From Ruminococcus albus 7 = DSM 20455 (GTDB lineage: Bacteria; Bacillota; Clostridia; Oscillospirales; Ruminococcaceae): a stretch of 32,000 nt of DNA. The first letter of the stretch is position 1, and the number at the start of each line of letters is the position of its first letter. A program made the translations under genes and the position numbers. The notes under the pieces were generated by a model that saw only the letters and a list, made by a program, of their open reading frames with translations, searched no databases and had not been told where the DNA came from. The stretch spans positions 90,001 through 122,000 of the forward strand of contig NC_014825.1 of assembly GCF_000179635.2 (NCBI RefSeq), in the 5' to 3' direction. Positions 16,331-25,217 of the stretch are shown here, piece by piece.

Positions 16331-17935
16331 CTAAGCATTGATCGTACTTTTGCTGTTCAGCGTGTCCCAATTATCACAAAATTCCTGATAGTCCATATTG
16401 AGCGTGACCTTTATCTTGTAGCCCTTATAGACCTCTATCCTGCTCACCAGCTGAGAGATGATCATTTTCTTCTTTTCAATGGTGCTTTCATCGAATTCCT
16501 TTGCCCAGCCCGCAAATATCTCGAACATGGGCTTCACGCTCTCCATCGCCTTCTTCTTACCGGTCATTTCCGATTTAAGAGTTTCTATCGCGGTCTTGGT
16601 CTCGGCGATATTTTCCTCGGTGCTTTTGATGACCTTGCTGAGAAGATCGGGCGAAAATCTGCTGTTACCCATAAGGCTGTCAGCGACCTCCGATTCCAGC
16701 TTTTCAAGCTGCTGCGCCTGCTTTTCAGCCTCACGATTCAGCTTCGTGATCTTTGCACGATAACTTGTCATCTCCTTGTCGAAGTTCTTTTTGAGTACGG
16801 CTTCGTCGGGAGATTCTTTTATGCCTGCAAACATATCGTGTATCAGTTCACACACCGCGTCGTCTATTCTTTTCACCTGATATGTAGTCGAACCGCTGCA
16901 CTGACAAAGCCCTCTGCTTTTATGATAGCAGACATATTTAGGCTGAACCTTCACATATTCCGTGCCGTCCTGCCTTGTGTGCCTGTCGATATGCTTCTGC
17001 GTACTCAAATGACCTCCGCAATGACCGCACACCATAATTCCCGAAAGAAGCTGCTGCGTCTGGGTCTTGCGGGCGATCTCACGGGTCTCCTCGTTCTTTT
17101 TCATTCGCTGTTCGAGTATCTTCTGCGCCCGTTCAAAGGTAGTCATATCAATTATCTGCAGATCCTTTAAATGCGGCGATTCGGTATCACCCGAAACCAC
17201 ATATCCCGTGAGCAGCCTGTTCCTCAAAATGCGGTTGATACTGTTGCTCGTGAACCTTGAACCCTTGTGAGTTTTCACTCCGTTCTTGTTCAGAAGCTCG
17301 GCACATCTGAAGGTACCATATCCCTCATTCACGGTCTTAGAGAATATCTCCCTTACCCAATCGGCTTCGACGGGATCGACCGCCAGATCATGCACTTCCC
17401 TGCCCTTTTTGTTAAGCCTTCCGGTATTCACAAGAGTATATCCGAAGGGTACGGGACCGCCTGTATAACTGCCCTCTGCTTTGAGCTGCTGCATACGGGT
17501 CTTTATTCGCATCGAAGTCTTTTCACTCTCACCCGACGCCTGCCAGAACCTTATGTAGTTCATCAGCTTGTCAACGTGGCTTTCAAACCTCTGCTCACCC
17601 TCCTGAACGCTCCATACTCTTATTCCCTGTTTGACGAACCATTCTACTATGAACGGTGTTTCGTCGTCTATTCTTCCGATACGGTCGAACATGAAAACAA
17701 GAAGTATATCAAACTCTTTGTTGAGAGCCGCAGCTTTTAAGTCCTGTATAGCATCACGATTGCTTGCCGAAACCTTGAAACCCGACACACCCTTTTCAAG
17801 AAACTCCTTGCCGATAGTCCAGCCCATTTTCTCGGCGAACTCGTGGCAGGCTTCTCTCTGCATAGGTATATCATCCTTGGTCTTATCGACCTGCTGCTTG
17901 GTGGATACTCTGTATAATGTATAAACTGTGTTCAT
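16331..17935 (-). CDS. Large serine recombinase (resolvase domain, recombinase domain, zinc ribbon, coiled coil)
   Basis: 534-aa ORF with a GGAGG RBS. N-terminal catalytic motif YRVSTKQQ. Cys cluster CGHCGG...C..C. Long C-terminal coiled-coil-like region. Confidence 0.9.
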   Translation of the reverse strand: MNTVYTLYRVSTKQQVDKTKDDIPMQREACHEFAEKMGWTIGKEFLEKGVSGFKVSASNRDAIQDLKAAALNKEFDILLVFMFDRIGRIDDETPFIVEWFVKQGIRVWSVQEGEQRFESHVDKLMNYIRFWQASGESEKTSMRIKTRMQQLKAEGSYTGGPVPFGYTLVNTGRLNKKGREVHDLAVDPVEADWVREIFSKTVNEGYGTFRCAELLNKNGVKTHKGSRFTSNSINRILRNRLLTGYVVSGDTESPHLKDLQIIDMTTFERAQKILEQRMKKNEETREIARKTQTQQLLSGIMVCGHCGGHLSTQKHIDRHTRQDGTEYVKVQPKYVCYHKSRGLCQCSGSTTYQVKRIDDAVCELIHDMFAGIKESPDEAVLKKNFDKEMTSYRAKITKLNREAEKQAQQLEKLESEVADSLMGNSRFSPDLLSKVIKSTEENIAETKTAIETLKSEMTGKKKAMESVKPMFEIFAGWAKEFDESTIEKKKMIISQLVSRIEVYKGYKIKVTLNMDYQEFCDNWDTLNSKSTINA

Positions 17936-18043
17936 TTACGATTACCTCCGATTTCAGATCATGTTGTTCTAAATATCGGTAGATAAATCGTTGTGCTTGT
18001 CCAACATTGGGTATTCAATTGTCAAGATGCGTTCTATAATAAT

Positions 18044-18072
18044 AGTATAACACATCTCGAACGATTTGTCAA
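18044..18072 (-). promoter_or_regulatory. Candidate promoter of the serine recombinase gene
   Basis: On the minus strand, TTGACA (18072..18067), a 17-nt spacer, then TATACT (18049..18044). Confidence 0.5.
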
Positions 18073-18153
18073 CACTTTAAATCGTAAAACCGATATTTTT
18101 TTAGTTTTTTAGTGCCTTTTCCTATACAGGACAAGGCTTTTTTGATAATTTGA

Positions 18154-18182
18154 TTGACTATTCCGCTTTGACATGATATAAT
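18154..18182 (+). promoter_or_regulatory. Strong candidate promoter of the cargo operon
   Basis: TTGACT (18154-18159), a 17-nt spacer ending in TGA (an extended -10 TG), then TATAAT (18177-18182). It is divergent from the recombinase promoter. Confidence 0.6.
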
Positions 18183-18276
18183 ATGCTTAGGATTGTGAAG
18201 ATAAATAATCAAGATACGAAAAGGGAAAAAAAGAAAAAATGACATACTTGCAGCAAATATAGTGAGGAAAAACAAT

Positions 18277-18816
18277 ATGCAGACCGATAATAAGATTATT
18301 CTCATCCCGCTTGAAAGCACCGACCGCGAGCAGTTCATAAAGGACAATCAAGAAGCGTTCAATTATGGCGCTCTTGAAGAGTTCGGCAGACGCGACGACC
18401 ATTTTGAGAACGGCGAGGATATAATATCCCAAAAGACGATAGAGGAAAGCATCGACGGCGGTATAGCCTACCGTATCATGCAAGGGCGTGAAAAGGTAGG
18501 CGGGCTGATACTGACCGTTGACGGCAGTCACGGCGAGCTTGAGATACTGTTCGTTTCTCCTAAATTTCACAGAAAAGGCATAGGCTATGCCGCGTGGTGC
18601 GAGGTCGAAAGAATGTACCCGCAAGTGACCGTGTGGGAAACAGTGACGCCGTATTTTGAAACTCGAAATATCCATTTCTATGTTAACCGCTGCGGATTTC
18701 ATATTGTGGAATTTTACAATAGTCATCACCCCGACCCGCACGACCCTGAAGAAAGCAGTCACGATATTGACGAGCAATTTCCGGACGGTATGTTCAGGTT
18801 TGAGAAAAGGCTATGA
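18277..18816 (+). CDS. GNAT-family N-acetyltransferase
   Basis: Acetyl-CoA motif A ILFVSPKFHRKGIGYAAW. ATG at 18277 has GAGGA 8 nt upstream, so the track GTG start at 18262 is less likely. Confidence 0.8.
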   Translation: MQTDNKIILIPLESTDREQFIKDNQEAFNYGALEEFGRRDDHFENGEDIISQKTIEESIDGGIAYRIMQGREKVGGLILTVDGSHGELEILFVSPKFHRKGIGYAAWCEVERMYPQVTVWETVTPYFETRNIHFYVNRCGFHIVEFYNSHHPDPHDPEESSHDIDEQFPDGMFRFEKRL

Positions 18817-19526
18817 ACAGCACTAGAAGAAAAAATACTATTATAATAGGCAACAGACCATGCACCGTTTACTTCGATCCTGCTCCCAAATATCTACTGA
18901 TACAGCCCACAGGCGAACATGAGCGTGAACACCTTGATAAAGAGGTCGAATACATCAAGTCTCTGACAAACACTCCATCCATTTTCGCAGCCTTTGAAGT
19001 AGACAACTGGAACAAGGAGCTTTCTCCATGGAACGCTCCACCCGTATTCGGTAAAGAGCCATTTGGCAGCTACGCAGGCGAAACGCTCGCATACCTTGAG
19101 GACACGCTCATTCCCGAAATTATAAAGCGATATTCCTTGAAAGAGAATATTCCAGTCATTCTTGGTGGATATTCTCTTGCCGGGCTGTTTGCGTTATGGT
19201 CGGCATATACTTCGGACAGATTTACTGCTGTCGCAGGCGTTTCACCCTCGGTATGGTTTCCGAGGTGGCTCGACTTTATCGCAGAGCACTCCCCTGCTGC
19301 AAAAAACATATACCTCAGTCTCGGAAGGAAAGAGGAAAAAAACCGCAATCAGACTATGGCTGCGGTAGGCGATAATATCCGAAGGCAGTATGAAATGCTG
19401 AAGGCTATGAATTTAAGTGCCACCCTTGAATGGAACGAGGGCAATCATTTCACCGAGCCAGAGATAAGGACTGCAAAGGGATTTTCTTGGTGCATAAACG
19501 AACTAACAAAGGAGAATGACACATGA
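18813..19526 (+). CDS. Putative esterase (alpha/beta hydrolase, esterase-D/IroE-like)
   Basis: ATGA start/stop overlap with the GNAT gene. Serine-nucleophile region ILGGYSLAGLFAL and a C-terminal His region EGNHF. Confidence 0.65.
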   Translation: MNSTRRKNTIIIGNRPCTVYFDPAPKYLLIQPTGEHEREHLDKEVEYIKSLTNTPSIFAAFEVDNWNKELSPWNAPPVFGKEPFGSYAGETLAYLEDTLIPEIIKRYSLKENIPVILGGYSLAGLFALWSAYTSDRFTAVAGVSPSVWFPRWLDFIAEHSPAAKNIYLSLGRKEEKNRNQTMAAVGDNIRRQYEMLKAMNLSATLEWNEGNHFTEPEIRTAKGFSWCINELTKENDT

Positions 19527-20113
19527 ACACTCTTGAAGCCATTAAGACAAGACGCAGCACCCGCCGTTTTTCAGACAAGCGGGTTGAGGTGAAAAAACTT
19601 AATTGGATTGTCGATGCAGGGCGCTATGCTCCCAGCGGTGGTAACTCGCAAAGCTGCCATTTCATTGTAGTGCGAAAGAAAGAAGTTCTCGCCAAACTTG
19701 CCGAGCTTGCGCAAGCGGCTTTCGACAAAAAGGAGATAACCGAAGGTATGTACAAGTCTGTCGCAAATTCGATTAGAGCCTCGAAGAAGGGCGGTTACGT
19801 GTTCCACTATGACCCCGACACTCTTATAATCGTTGCAAATAAAAAGGACTACGGCAACAACATAGCCGACACCGCCTGCGCTCTTGAAAATATGATGATA
19901 GCCGCAAACGAGCTTGACCTTGGCAGCGTTTGGATTAATCAGCTCAGATGGCTGAACGAGGACGAAACACTGCTCGAATATGAACGATCTCTCGGGCTTG
20001 AAGATAATGAACGTATTTACGGTGCGCTTGCTATCGGATACGCCGACACCGAGGACGGTCTGCCTGTCAGAACGCCCCTTGAAAGAACGGGGAACAAGGT
20101 CACATATATATGA
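19523..20113 (+). CDS. Nitroreductase-family protein
   Basis: N-terminal IKTRRSTRRF motif, then APSGGNSQ, and the size is typical of the family. ATGA overlap with the upstream gene. AAGGAG RBS. Confidence 0.85.
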   Translation: MNTLEAIKTRRSTRRFSDKRVEVKKLNWIVDAGRYAPSGGNSQSCHFIVVRKKEVLAKLAELAQAAFDKKEITEGMYKSVANSIRASKKGGYVFHYDPDTLIIVANKKDYGNNIADTACALENMMIAANELDLGSVWINQLRWLNEDETLLEYERSLGLEDNERIYGALAIGYADTEDGLPVRTPLERTGNKVTYI

Positions 20114-20145
20114 ACTGCCGCGCAAAATTACATAAAGGAGAACCT

Positions 20146-20862
20146 ATGATATATCAGAAACAAAGCTATGTCGCGGGAAATATGTGCGACGGCAAGCTGC
20201 AAATGTCGGTGATCGCCGCCGATGAGCTTGTGGAGAACGCAGTTACCGAGCTTATGGGCGATCTCGGCATAGACGGCATAGTTACCAAAGCGAAATATAA
20301 CGCCATGTGGCTTATTTCCAAAAACAATATCCGTTTTGCCCGCCGCCCCGACTGGCGGGAGAGATTCGATGTGAAATGCTGGGTATCTAAGCACACCTCG
20401 GTAAAGCTGAATATTGACACGCTTGTCACTGCCGAAAGCGGGGAAATCTTGCTTGCCGCAAGAACGGAGCTGTGCGCCATAGACCTTGAAAACGCACGTA
20501 TCTGCAAGACAGAAGCGGTCGGCTTCCATCCGGATATGGTACATGAGGAACGGCTTGACGGGCTTGATTTCTCGCGGCTGCCCAAAAGCGGAGAGCCTGT
20601 CGAAAGCGTGACCGTGCGCTCGACGAGCCTGGATTACTGCTATCACACGAACAACGTCGAATATGTCCGCTTCATGCTGAACACCTACCCGGTCGAGCAT
20701 TTCAAGACCCGCGAACCCGAACAGCTCGAGATACACTATGCGAGCCAGTCGTATGAGGGAGAAAGGCTCGATATCGAGAAGCTCTCCGACGAGAACGGGG
20801 ACAGCTTTATTATTCGCAGGAACGGAGATATGATAACCTCATGCAGGATGAAATGGATATAA
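20146..20862 (+). CDS. Acyl-ACP thioesterase-like (double hotdog) protein
   Basis: The start is taken at ATG 20146 (MIYQKQSY..) behind AAGGAG. The two-repeat organisation and motifs such as LDYCYHTNNVEYVRF recall the acyl-ACP thioesterase family. This assignment is from memory only. Confidence 0.6.
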   Translation: MIYQKQSYVAGNMCDGKLQMSVIAADELVENAVTELMGDLGIDGIVTKAKYNAMWLISKNNIRFARRPDWRERFDVKCWVSKHTSVKLNIDTLVTAESGEILLAARTELCAIDLENARICKTEAVGFHPDMVHEERLDGLDFSRLPKSGEPVESVTVRSTSLDYCYHTNNVEYVRFMLNTYPVEHFKTREPEQLEIHYASQSYEGERLDIEKLSDENGDSFIIRRNGDMITSCRMKWI

Positions 20863-20875
20863 CGGAGGAAACGCT

Positions 20876-21718
20876 ATGAACTATCCGTATACAGTCGGCG
20901 GAGGTATTATCCCCGAATGCAGATTTACACAATACAAGCCCGAGCCACACGAATATCTTATCGCTGTCGGAGACGAGTGCGCGGAAATAAGTGATACTCT
21001 TTTCGGAACGACGATCGCCGCCATGCATATCCTCGGCTTCATCGACCTGAACACGGGCGAGCGCGAAGCTATGCTGACGCATCTTATGTGGGAATTATCG
21101 GCAGACGAACTGCGTGAAAACGCCTTTGCGGAGTTATTCAAGAAACGAACTGCCTATCATGTAAAGTGTCTCCCGCCCATGAAGCCTTGGTTTTCCACAC
21201 CGTTCAAGCGGACAGGCAACCTGTATCTGACAGAGATACTCGAAGCCGATATACACGAGCCTTATATTGACGAGGTGATACAGAAATACATCGACAGCCT
21301 TCATCTTAACTCGGAGCTTTTCGGCGTGCTTGACAGCGTTGACGAATACCCCGCCTACCGCGGTACGTTCAACCGGCTCGGAACGGAGATAAAGTTCATT
21401 GTGTCAAATGAGTTTTCTCCCGTCGAGGACGCACTGAGACACATGGAAAACCTCTGCCGAAATTGCGAGACTAATGACAAACTGTTTCGCAAATTCGCCG
21501 CCGAACAGCTTGCCGACCGCGCAAACGAGCTTATGCAAAGCAGCTTCACAAAGGAAGAAATTGCGTCGGGAATGAAGATCAGATATATTGATATGTTCTG
21601 CGACGGAAGCTTTTCGGTCGAGTTTCTTTTTAACGATCATCTGATAAATGTAGACGGAAATCTTAACGGACTGAAACAAGCTGATATAAACAAGTATTAT
21701 CCGGAGTATGACGATTAG
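20876..21718 (+). CDS. Hypothetical protein with a DUF2262-like (immunity-protein-like) C-terminal domain
   Basis: 280-aa ORF with a GGAGG RBS. The C-terminal roughly 120 aa (..YRGTFNRLGTEIKFIVSNE....LFRKFAAEQLADRANEL....MKIRYIDMFCDGSFSVEF..) recall DUF2262. The function call has low confidence. Confidence 0.5.
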   Translation: MNYPYTVGGGIIPECRFTQYKPEPHEYLIAVGDECAEISDTLFGTTIAAMHILGFIDLNTGEREAMLTHLMWELSADELRENAFAELFKKRTAYHVKCLPPMKPWFSTPFKRTGNLYLTEILEADIHEPYIDEVIQKYIDSLHLNSELFGVLDSVDEYPAYRGTFNRLGTEIKFIVSNEFSPVEDALRHMENLCRNCETNDKLFRKFAAEQLADRANELMQSSFTKEEIASGMKIRYIDMFCDGSFSVEFLFNDHLINVDGNLNGLKQADINKYYPEYDD

Positions 21719-21758
21719 TTCGTATTATTGATAAACGACCGCTTTGAGGTGAGCATAT

Positions 21759-22244
21759 ATGAGCGCGGACTTAATGGTATTTGACAAAAGCAAAGCCCCG
21801 ACAGACCCTATCGAATTTCTGAAATGGTACTACAACAAAAGCACATGGCAGTCTGACAGAGATTATCTTGACATCAAAGGCACCTCGCAGCCGCTTGTTG
21901 ATTTCTTCATGGAGATCATCAAGGAATATCCCGCTATGAACGGTCCGTTTGCGCCCGATATTGAAAGCATTGACGACCCCGCGCTTGAAAGCAGGCTGAC
22001 CGACTACACCATTGACGACGACCTTATCTATATGGGCTTCGCGTGGTCTGCCGCGGACAAAGCCTGCGAGCTTGTTGAGGAGCTCGCGTACAAGAATGGG
22101 CTCGGTTTCTATGATATGTTGAATATCCATCTTGACCGTAATACCGTGATAAAGACCCCGCAGATGAGCCGCGAGGAACTATTCAAGTGTGAAAACAAGC
22201 AGAACAGCGGCGGATTTTTCGCAAGGCTGTTCGGGAAGAAATAA
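21759..22244 (+). CDS. Hypothetical cytoplasmic protein
   Basis: 161-aa ORF with a GAGGTGA RBS, co-directional within the operon. No recognisable motif. Confidence 0.6.
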   Translation: MSADLMVFDKSKAPTDPIEFLKWYYNKSTWQSDRDYLDIKGTSQPLVDFFMEIIKEYPAMNGPFAPDIESIDDPALESRLTDYTIDDDLIYMGFAWSAADKACELVEELAYKNGLGFYDMLNIHLDRNTVIKTPQMSREELFKCENKQNSGGFFARLFGKK

Positions 22245-22253
22245 GGTGAGACT

Positions 22254-22830
22254 ATGGCTGAAATACTCGATATTGTTGACGAGAACGGCGAACCCACCGG
22301 TGAGACCGTTGACCGCGTGACCGCTCATGCCAATGGCATACGGCACAGGACTGCTCATGTGTGGATATTCAGAGAAAGCGGCGGCAGAGTACAGGTGCTT
22401 CTGCAAAAACGCGCCGATAACAAGGCTTCCTACCCAGGCTGCTATGACATTTCAAGCGCGGGGCATATACCCGCGGGGGTCGATTACATACCCTCCGCGC
22501 TCAGAGAGCTTAAAGAGGAGCTCGGCATTTCCGCGAAAGCCGATGAGCTGATATACTGCGGGATACGCTATATCTGCTCCGACGATGTTTTTTTTTGGCA
22601 AAGAGTTTCACGACAGGCAGGTGTCAAAAATATACGCCCTATGGAAAGACCTTGACGAGAGCGATCTCGTTCTTCAAAAGGAGGAGGTCAGCGGCGTTCT
22701 CTGGATAGACTTTGACAAATGCGTCGAGAGCGTCAAAGCAGGCAGCTTCAAGCACTGTATCCTTATGGAAGAGCTGATGCTACTCAAAAAGTATCTTGAC
22801 GAAAGGGAGAGAAGATGTACCGCTACATAG
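22254..22830 (+). pseudogene. NUDIX hydrolase interrupted by a frameshift in a T9 run
   Basis: ORF 22254-22655 carries the Nudix box (GHIPAGVDYIPSALRELKEELGI). ORF 22585-22830 continues the same protein in the +1 frame. The two frames meet in T9 at 22588-22596. With T8 the sequence reads ..SDDVFFGKEFHDRQVSKIY.. as a single 191-aa protein. Confidence 0.75.
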
Positions 22831-23348
22831 TTTTCGATGTGGAAACGCCGAACAGATACAACAACCGAATGAGCGCGATAGGTATCGCCGTGATAGAAAA
22901 CGGTGCCGTGACGGAGGAGTATTTTTCATATGTCGATCCGCAGACCTACTTCGACCGCTTCAATACACAGCTTACGGGTATCAACAAGTACACGGTCTCG
23001 GGCGCTCCTACCTTTCCGGAGCTTTGGGAGAGGATCGAGCCGATAATGTCTTCGGGTGTACTTGCCGCGCATAACGCCGTATTCGATCTCGGTGTGCTGA
23101 AAAAGTGTCTTAAAGCATACGGCATTGAATGGAAGAATACCGTGAAATACTGCTGCACCGTGCAAATGGGCAGAAGAGTGCTTCCGGGGATATCGCATAA
23201 GCTGAACGTTCTTTGTGAGCATTATGGTATTGCGCTCGATCACCACAAGGCGGACAGCGACAGCAGAGCCTGCGCGGATATACTGCTCCGATATTTTGAA
23301 AGCGGAGCGCAGGAACGTGAGCATATACGGACATTTCGTTTGGTGTGA
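22815..23348 (+). CDS. DEDDh 3'-5' exonuclease (DnaQ/epsilon-like)
   Basis: Exo I FDVETPN, Exo II AHNAVFDLGVL, Exo III HHKADSDSRA. GGGAGAG RBS. The start overlaps the end of the NUDIX gene. Confidence 0.85.
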   Translation: MYRYIVFDVETPNRYNNRMSAIGIAVIENGAVTEEYFSYVDPQTYFDRFNTQLTGINKYTVSGAPTFPELWERIEPIMSSGVLAAHNAVFDLGVLKKCLKAYGIEWKNTVKYCCTVQMGRRVLPGISHKLNVLCEHYGIALDHHKADSDSRACADILLRYFESGAQEREHIRTFRLV

Positions 23349-23392
23349 GGTGATACAGTCACAGGCAAACATTTCGGTTTCAAATTTTCCGC

Positions 23393-23421
23393 TTGACACC
23401 TCCCTCTAAAAGTAGTATAAT
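23393..23421 (+). promoter_or_regulatory. Consensus sigma-A promoter upstream of the DUF4314-like gene
   Basis: TTGACA (23393-23398), a 17-nt spacer, then TATAAT (23416-23421). Confidence 0.6.
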
Positions 23422-23468
23422 AAGAAAGCTGCGTGTAACAGCAGAACACTTTTGGGAGGCTATAAATC

Positions 23469-23657
23469 ATGGAGAAAATATGTGTCGGAACAAAGATAAG
23501 ACTTATTAAAGACCTCGACGGCAAGAACCCTATCGGCTCGACAGCGACAGTCGTGTACATCGACGAGTTCGGTCAGATATTCGCGGACTGGGCGGAGGGC
23601 GGACAGGTAAGGATAACAAAAGAACAGCTTGAAAAGAACTTTGAGATAGCTGCATAA
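23469..23657 (+). CDS. Small DUF4314-like protein
   Basis: 62-aa ORF with a GGGAGG RBS. The pattern ..GTKIRLIKDLDGKNPIGSTATVVYIDEFGQIFADW.. resembles the small DUF4314 proteins common on Firmicute mobile elements. This assignment is from memory. Confidence 0.55.
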   Translation: MEKICVGTKIRLIKDLDGKNPIGSTATVVYIDEFGQIFADWAEGGQVRITKEQLEKNFEIAA

Positions 23658-23674
23658 ATACTTCTATAATTTCG

Positions 23675-23702
23675 GAGAACTGCCCTGTGCGGTTCTCTTT
23701 TT
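23675..23702 (+). terminator. Terminator after the DUF4314-like gene
   Basis: GAGAAC pairs with GTTCTC (6 bp) and is followed by T5. Confidence 0.5.
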
Positions 23703-23717
23703 CATGACAAATAACAC

Positions 23718-23746
23718 TTGACAAAACAATAAGATGATGATAAAAT
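23718..23746 (+). promoter_or_regulatory. Candidate promoter of the membrane-anchored hydrolase gene
   Basis: TTGACA (23718-23723), a 17-nt spacer, then TAAAAT (23741-23746). Confidence 0.55.
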
Positions 23747-23789
23747 ATAAAATGCTTCTATATAAAATACAAAACGGGAGAAACAGACA

Positions 23790-24887
23790 ATGAAATGTGT
23801 AAAGATAATACTCGGGATATTCAAATGGATATTTATCGTGCTGATATCGCTCGTGCTGCTGATATTTATTGTACGCTTTATCGGACAGCAGATAAACAAG
23901 CTGACGCCCTCGGGCGGTATCAACGAGGAAATGTACATTGACATAAACGGCACGAAACAATGGATAAGCATATACGGCAGGGATAAAAGCAACCCCGTTA
24001 TGCTCTATGTTCACGGCGGACCCGGCATTGCGACGAGCGGCTTTGATTATCCAGTGCTCAGAAAGCTCGCGGACGATTACACCGTGGTGAACTGGGATCA
24101 GCGCGGTGCGGGCAAAAGTCAGATGAAATATCCCTTTGACGGCTATGTTACGCCCGAGCTGCTGCGGGAGGATATTTACGAGGTCACCAAATACGTCCTG
24201 GATAAAACGGGAAAGGAAAAGCTCACTGTCCTCGGTTCGTCGTGGGGAACTCTTTACGGCGGCGATTTCGCTCTTTCTCACCCCGAGCTTGTAGAATGCT
24301 ATATCGGCACAAGTCAGGTCGTCGATTATCAGGACATATACATCAGGCTTAAAGAATCGGCGCTCGAATGGTCAAAGGACGACGCCGAATTTCACAAGCT
24401 CGTCGAAAGCTACGACCCTCTTGTTTTCTCGCAGGAGGAGATCGACAAAAGCACCGCTATCCGCAAAAAATACTGTCAGAATGACAATATCCTGAAGGAC
24501 GGCGATCTCAATATCCTCGCAGCGATGTTCTTCAACCCGTACTATTCGCTGAAAGACCTTTACGGCTATATCAAGGTGTTCGCGTCAGGCAAAATGCCTT
24601 CTGCTTATGAGAAATTCATATATGACGCTTCGCAGGAAAAGCCGAGGATAGGCGGAATACAGGATTTCTCGCTCAAAGCCCGCACAGAGTATCCCATGCC
24701 CGTCTACATTCGCACAGGCAATAAAGACTATCAGTCCAACCCCGACCAGCCCAAGGAATATTTCGATATGATAACCGCGCCCGATAAAGAGTTTGAATAT
24801 GTTGACGGCGGACATTTCCTGCCGTTCATCGACTCGGAGGGGCTTGCCGTTTTCGTGCATAAGGTCAGGGAACGTTCTGCGTCTTAA
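23790..24887 (+). CDS. Membrane-anchored alpha/beta hydrolase (proline-iminopeptidase-like)
   Basis: N-terminal TM helix (IILGIFKWIFIVLISLVLLIFIV), oxyanion motif HGGPG, nucleophile elbow GSSWG, and a C-terminal GGHF. GGGAGA RBS. Confidence 0.8.
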   Translation: MKCVKIILGIFKWIFIVLISLVLLIFIVRFIGQQINKLTPSGGINEEMYIDINGTKQWISIYGRDKSNPVMLYVHGGPGIATSGFDYPVLRKLADDYTVVNWDQRGAGKSQMKYPFDGYVTPELLREDIYEVTKYVLDKTGKEKLTVLGSSWGTLYGGDFALSHPELVECYIGTSQVVDYQDIYIRLKESALEWSKDDAEFHKLVESYDPLVFSQEEIDKSTAIRKKYCQNDNILKDGDLNILAAMFFNPYYSLKDLYGYIKVFASGKMPSAYEKFIYDASQEKPRIGGIQDFSLKARTEYPMPVYIRTGNKDYQSNPDQPKEYFDMITAPDKEFEYVDGGHFLPFIDSEGLAVFVHKVRERSAS

Positions 24888-24924
24888 TGACCTCACCGAA
24901 AAAACTCAAAAACCAGCTTATGTA

Positions 24925-24954
24925 CAGCCGACCTTTCGCGGGTCGGCTGTTTTC
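24925..24954 (+). terminator. Rho-independent terminator
   Basis: CAGCCGACC (24925-24933) pairs with GGTCGGCTG (24941-24949) and is followed by TTTTC. Confidence 0.75.
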
Positions 24955-25217
24955 TTATCTCCCTGCTCTCCGTGCAAGATCTTCCGCTCTGATACAGCAG
25001 TCCCCGATACGCTGTCCCGAAAATAAATTTGAATTTGAACCGGCAGGGTAACTATATCTGTATATGCCGACCCCAAAACCGCAGCTGCACGGACTCGGAA
25101 CCGCACTCTGCCGCACTCTGAACCGCACGCCGCCGGACGTTGACCGCACATATCCAAATCCTGTATAATTATCACAGCACACAGCAATGTGTGACTTGAA
25201 TAACAGGAGGTTCGGAT

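Noticed and set aside
16247-17170. 307-aa ORF on the plus strand
   Set aside because: It lies entirely antisense to the well-supported serine recombinase gene and has no RBS and no recognisable motifs. Long antisense ORFs like this are a common by-product of codon bias.
18187-20736. Minus-strand ORFs 18187-18777, 19571-20125 and 20128-20736
   Set aside because: All are antisense to motif-supported plus-strand genes (GNAT, nitroreductase, thioesterase) that form a tight operon.
23664-24281. 205-aa ORF on the minus strand
   Set aside because: It is antisense to the HGGPG/GSSWG hydrolase gene and to its promoter region, and it has no RBS.
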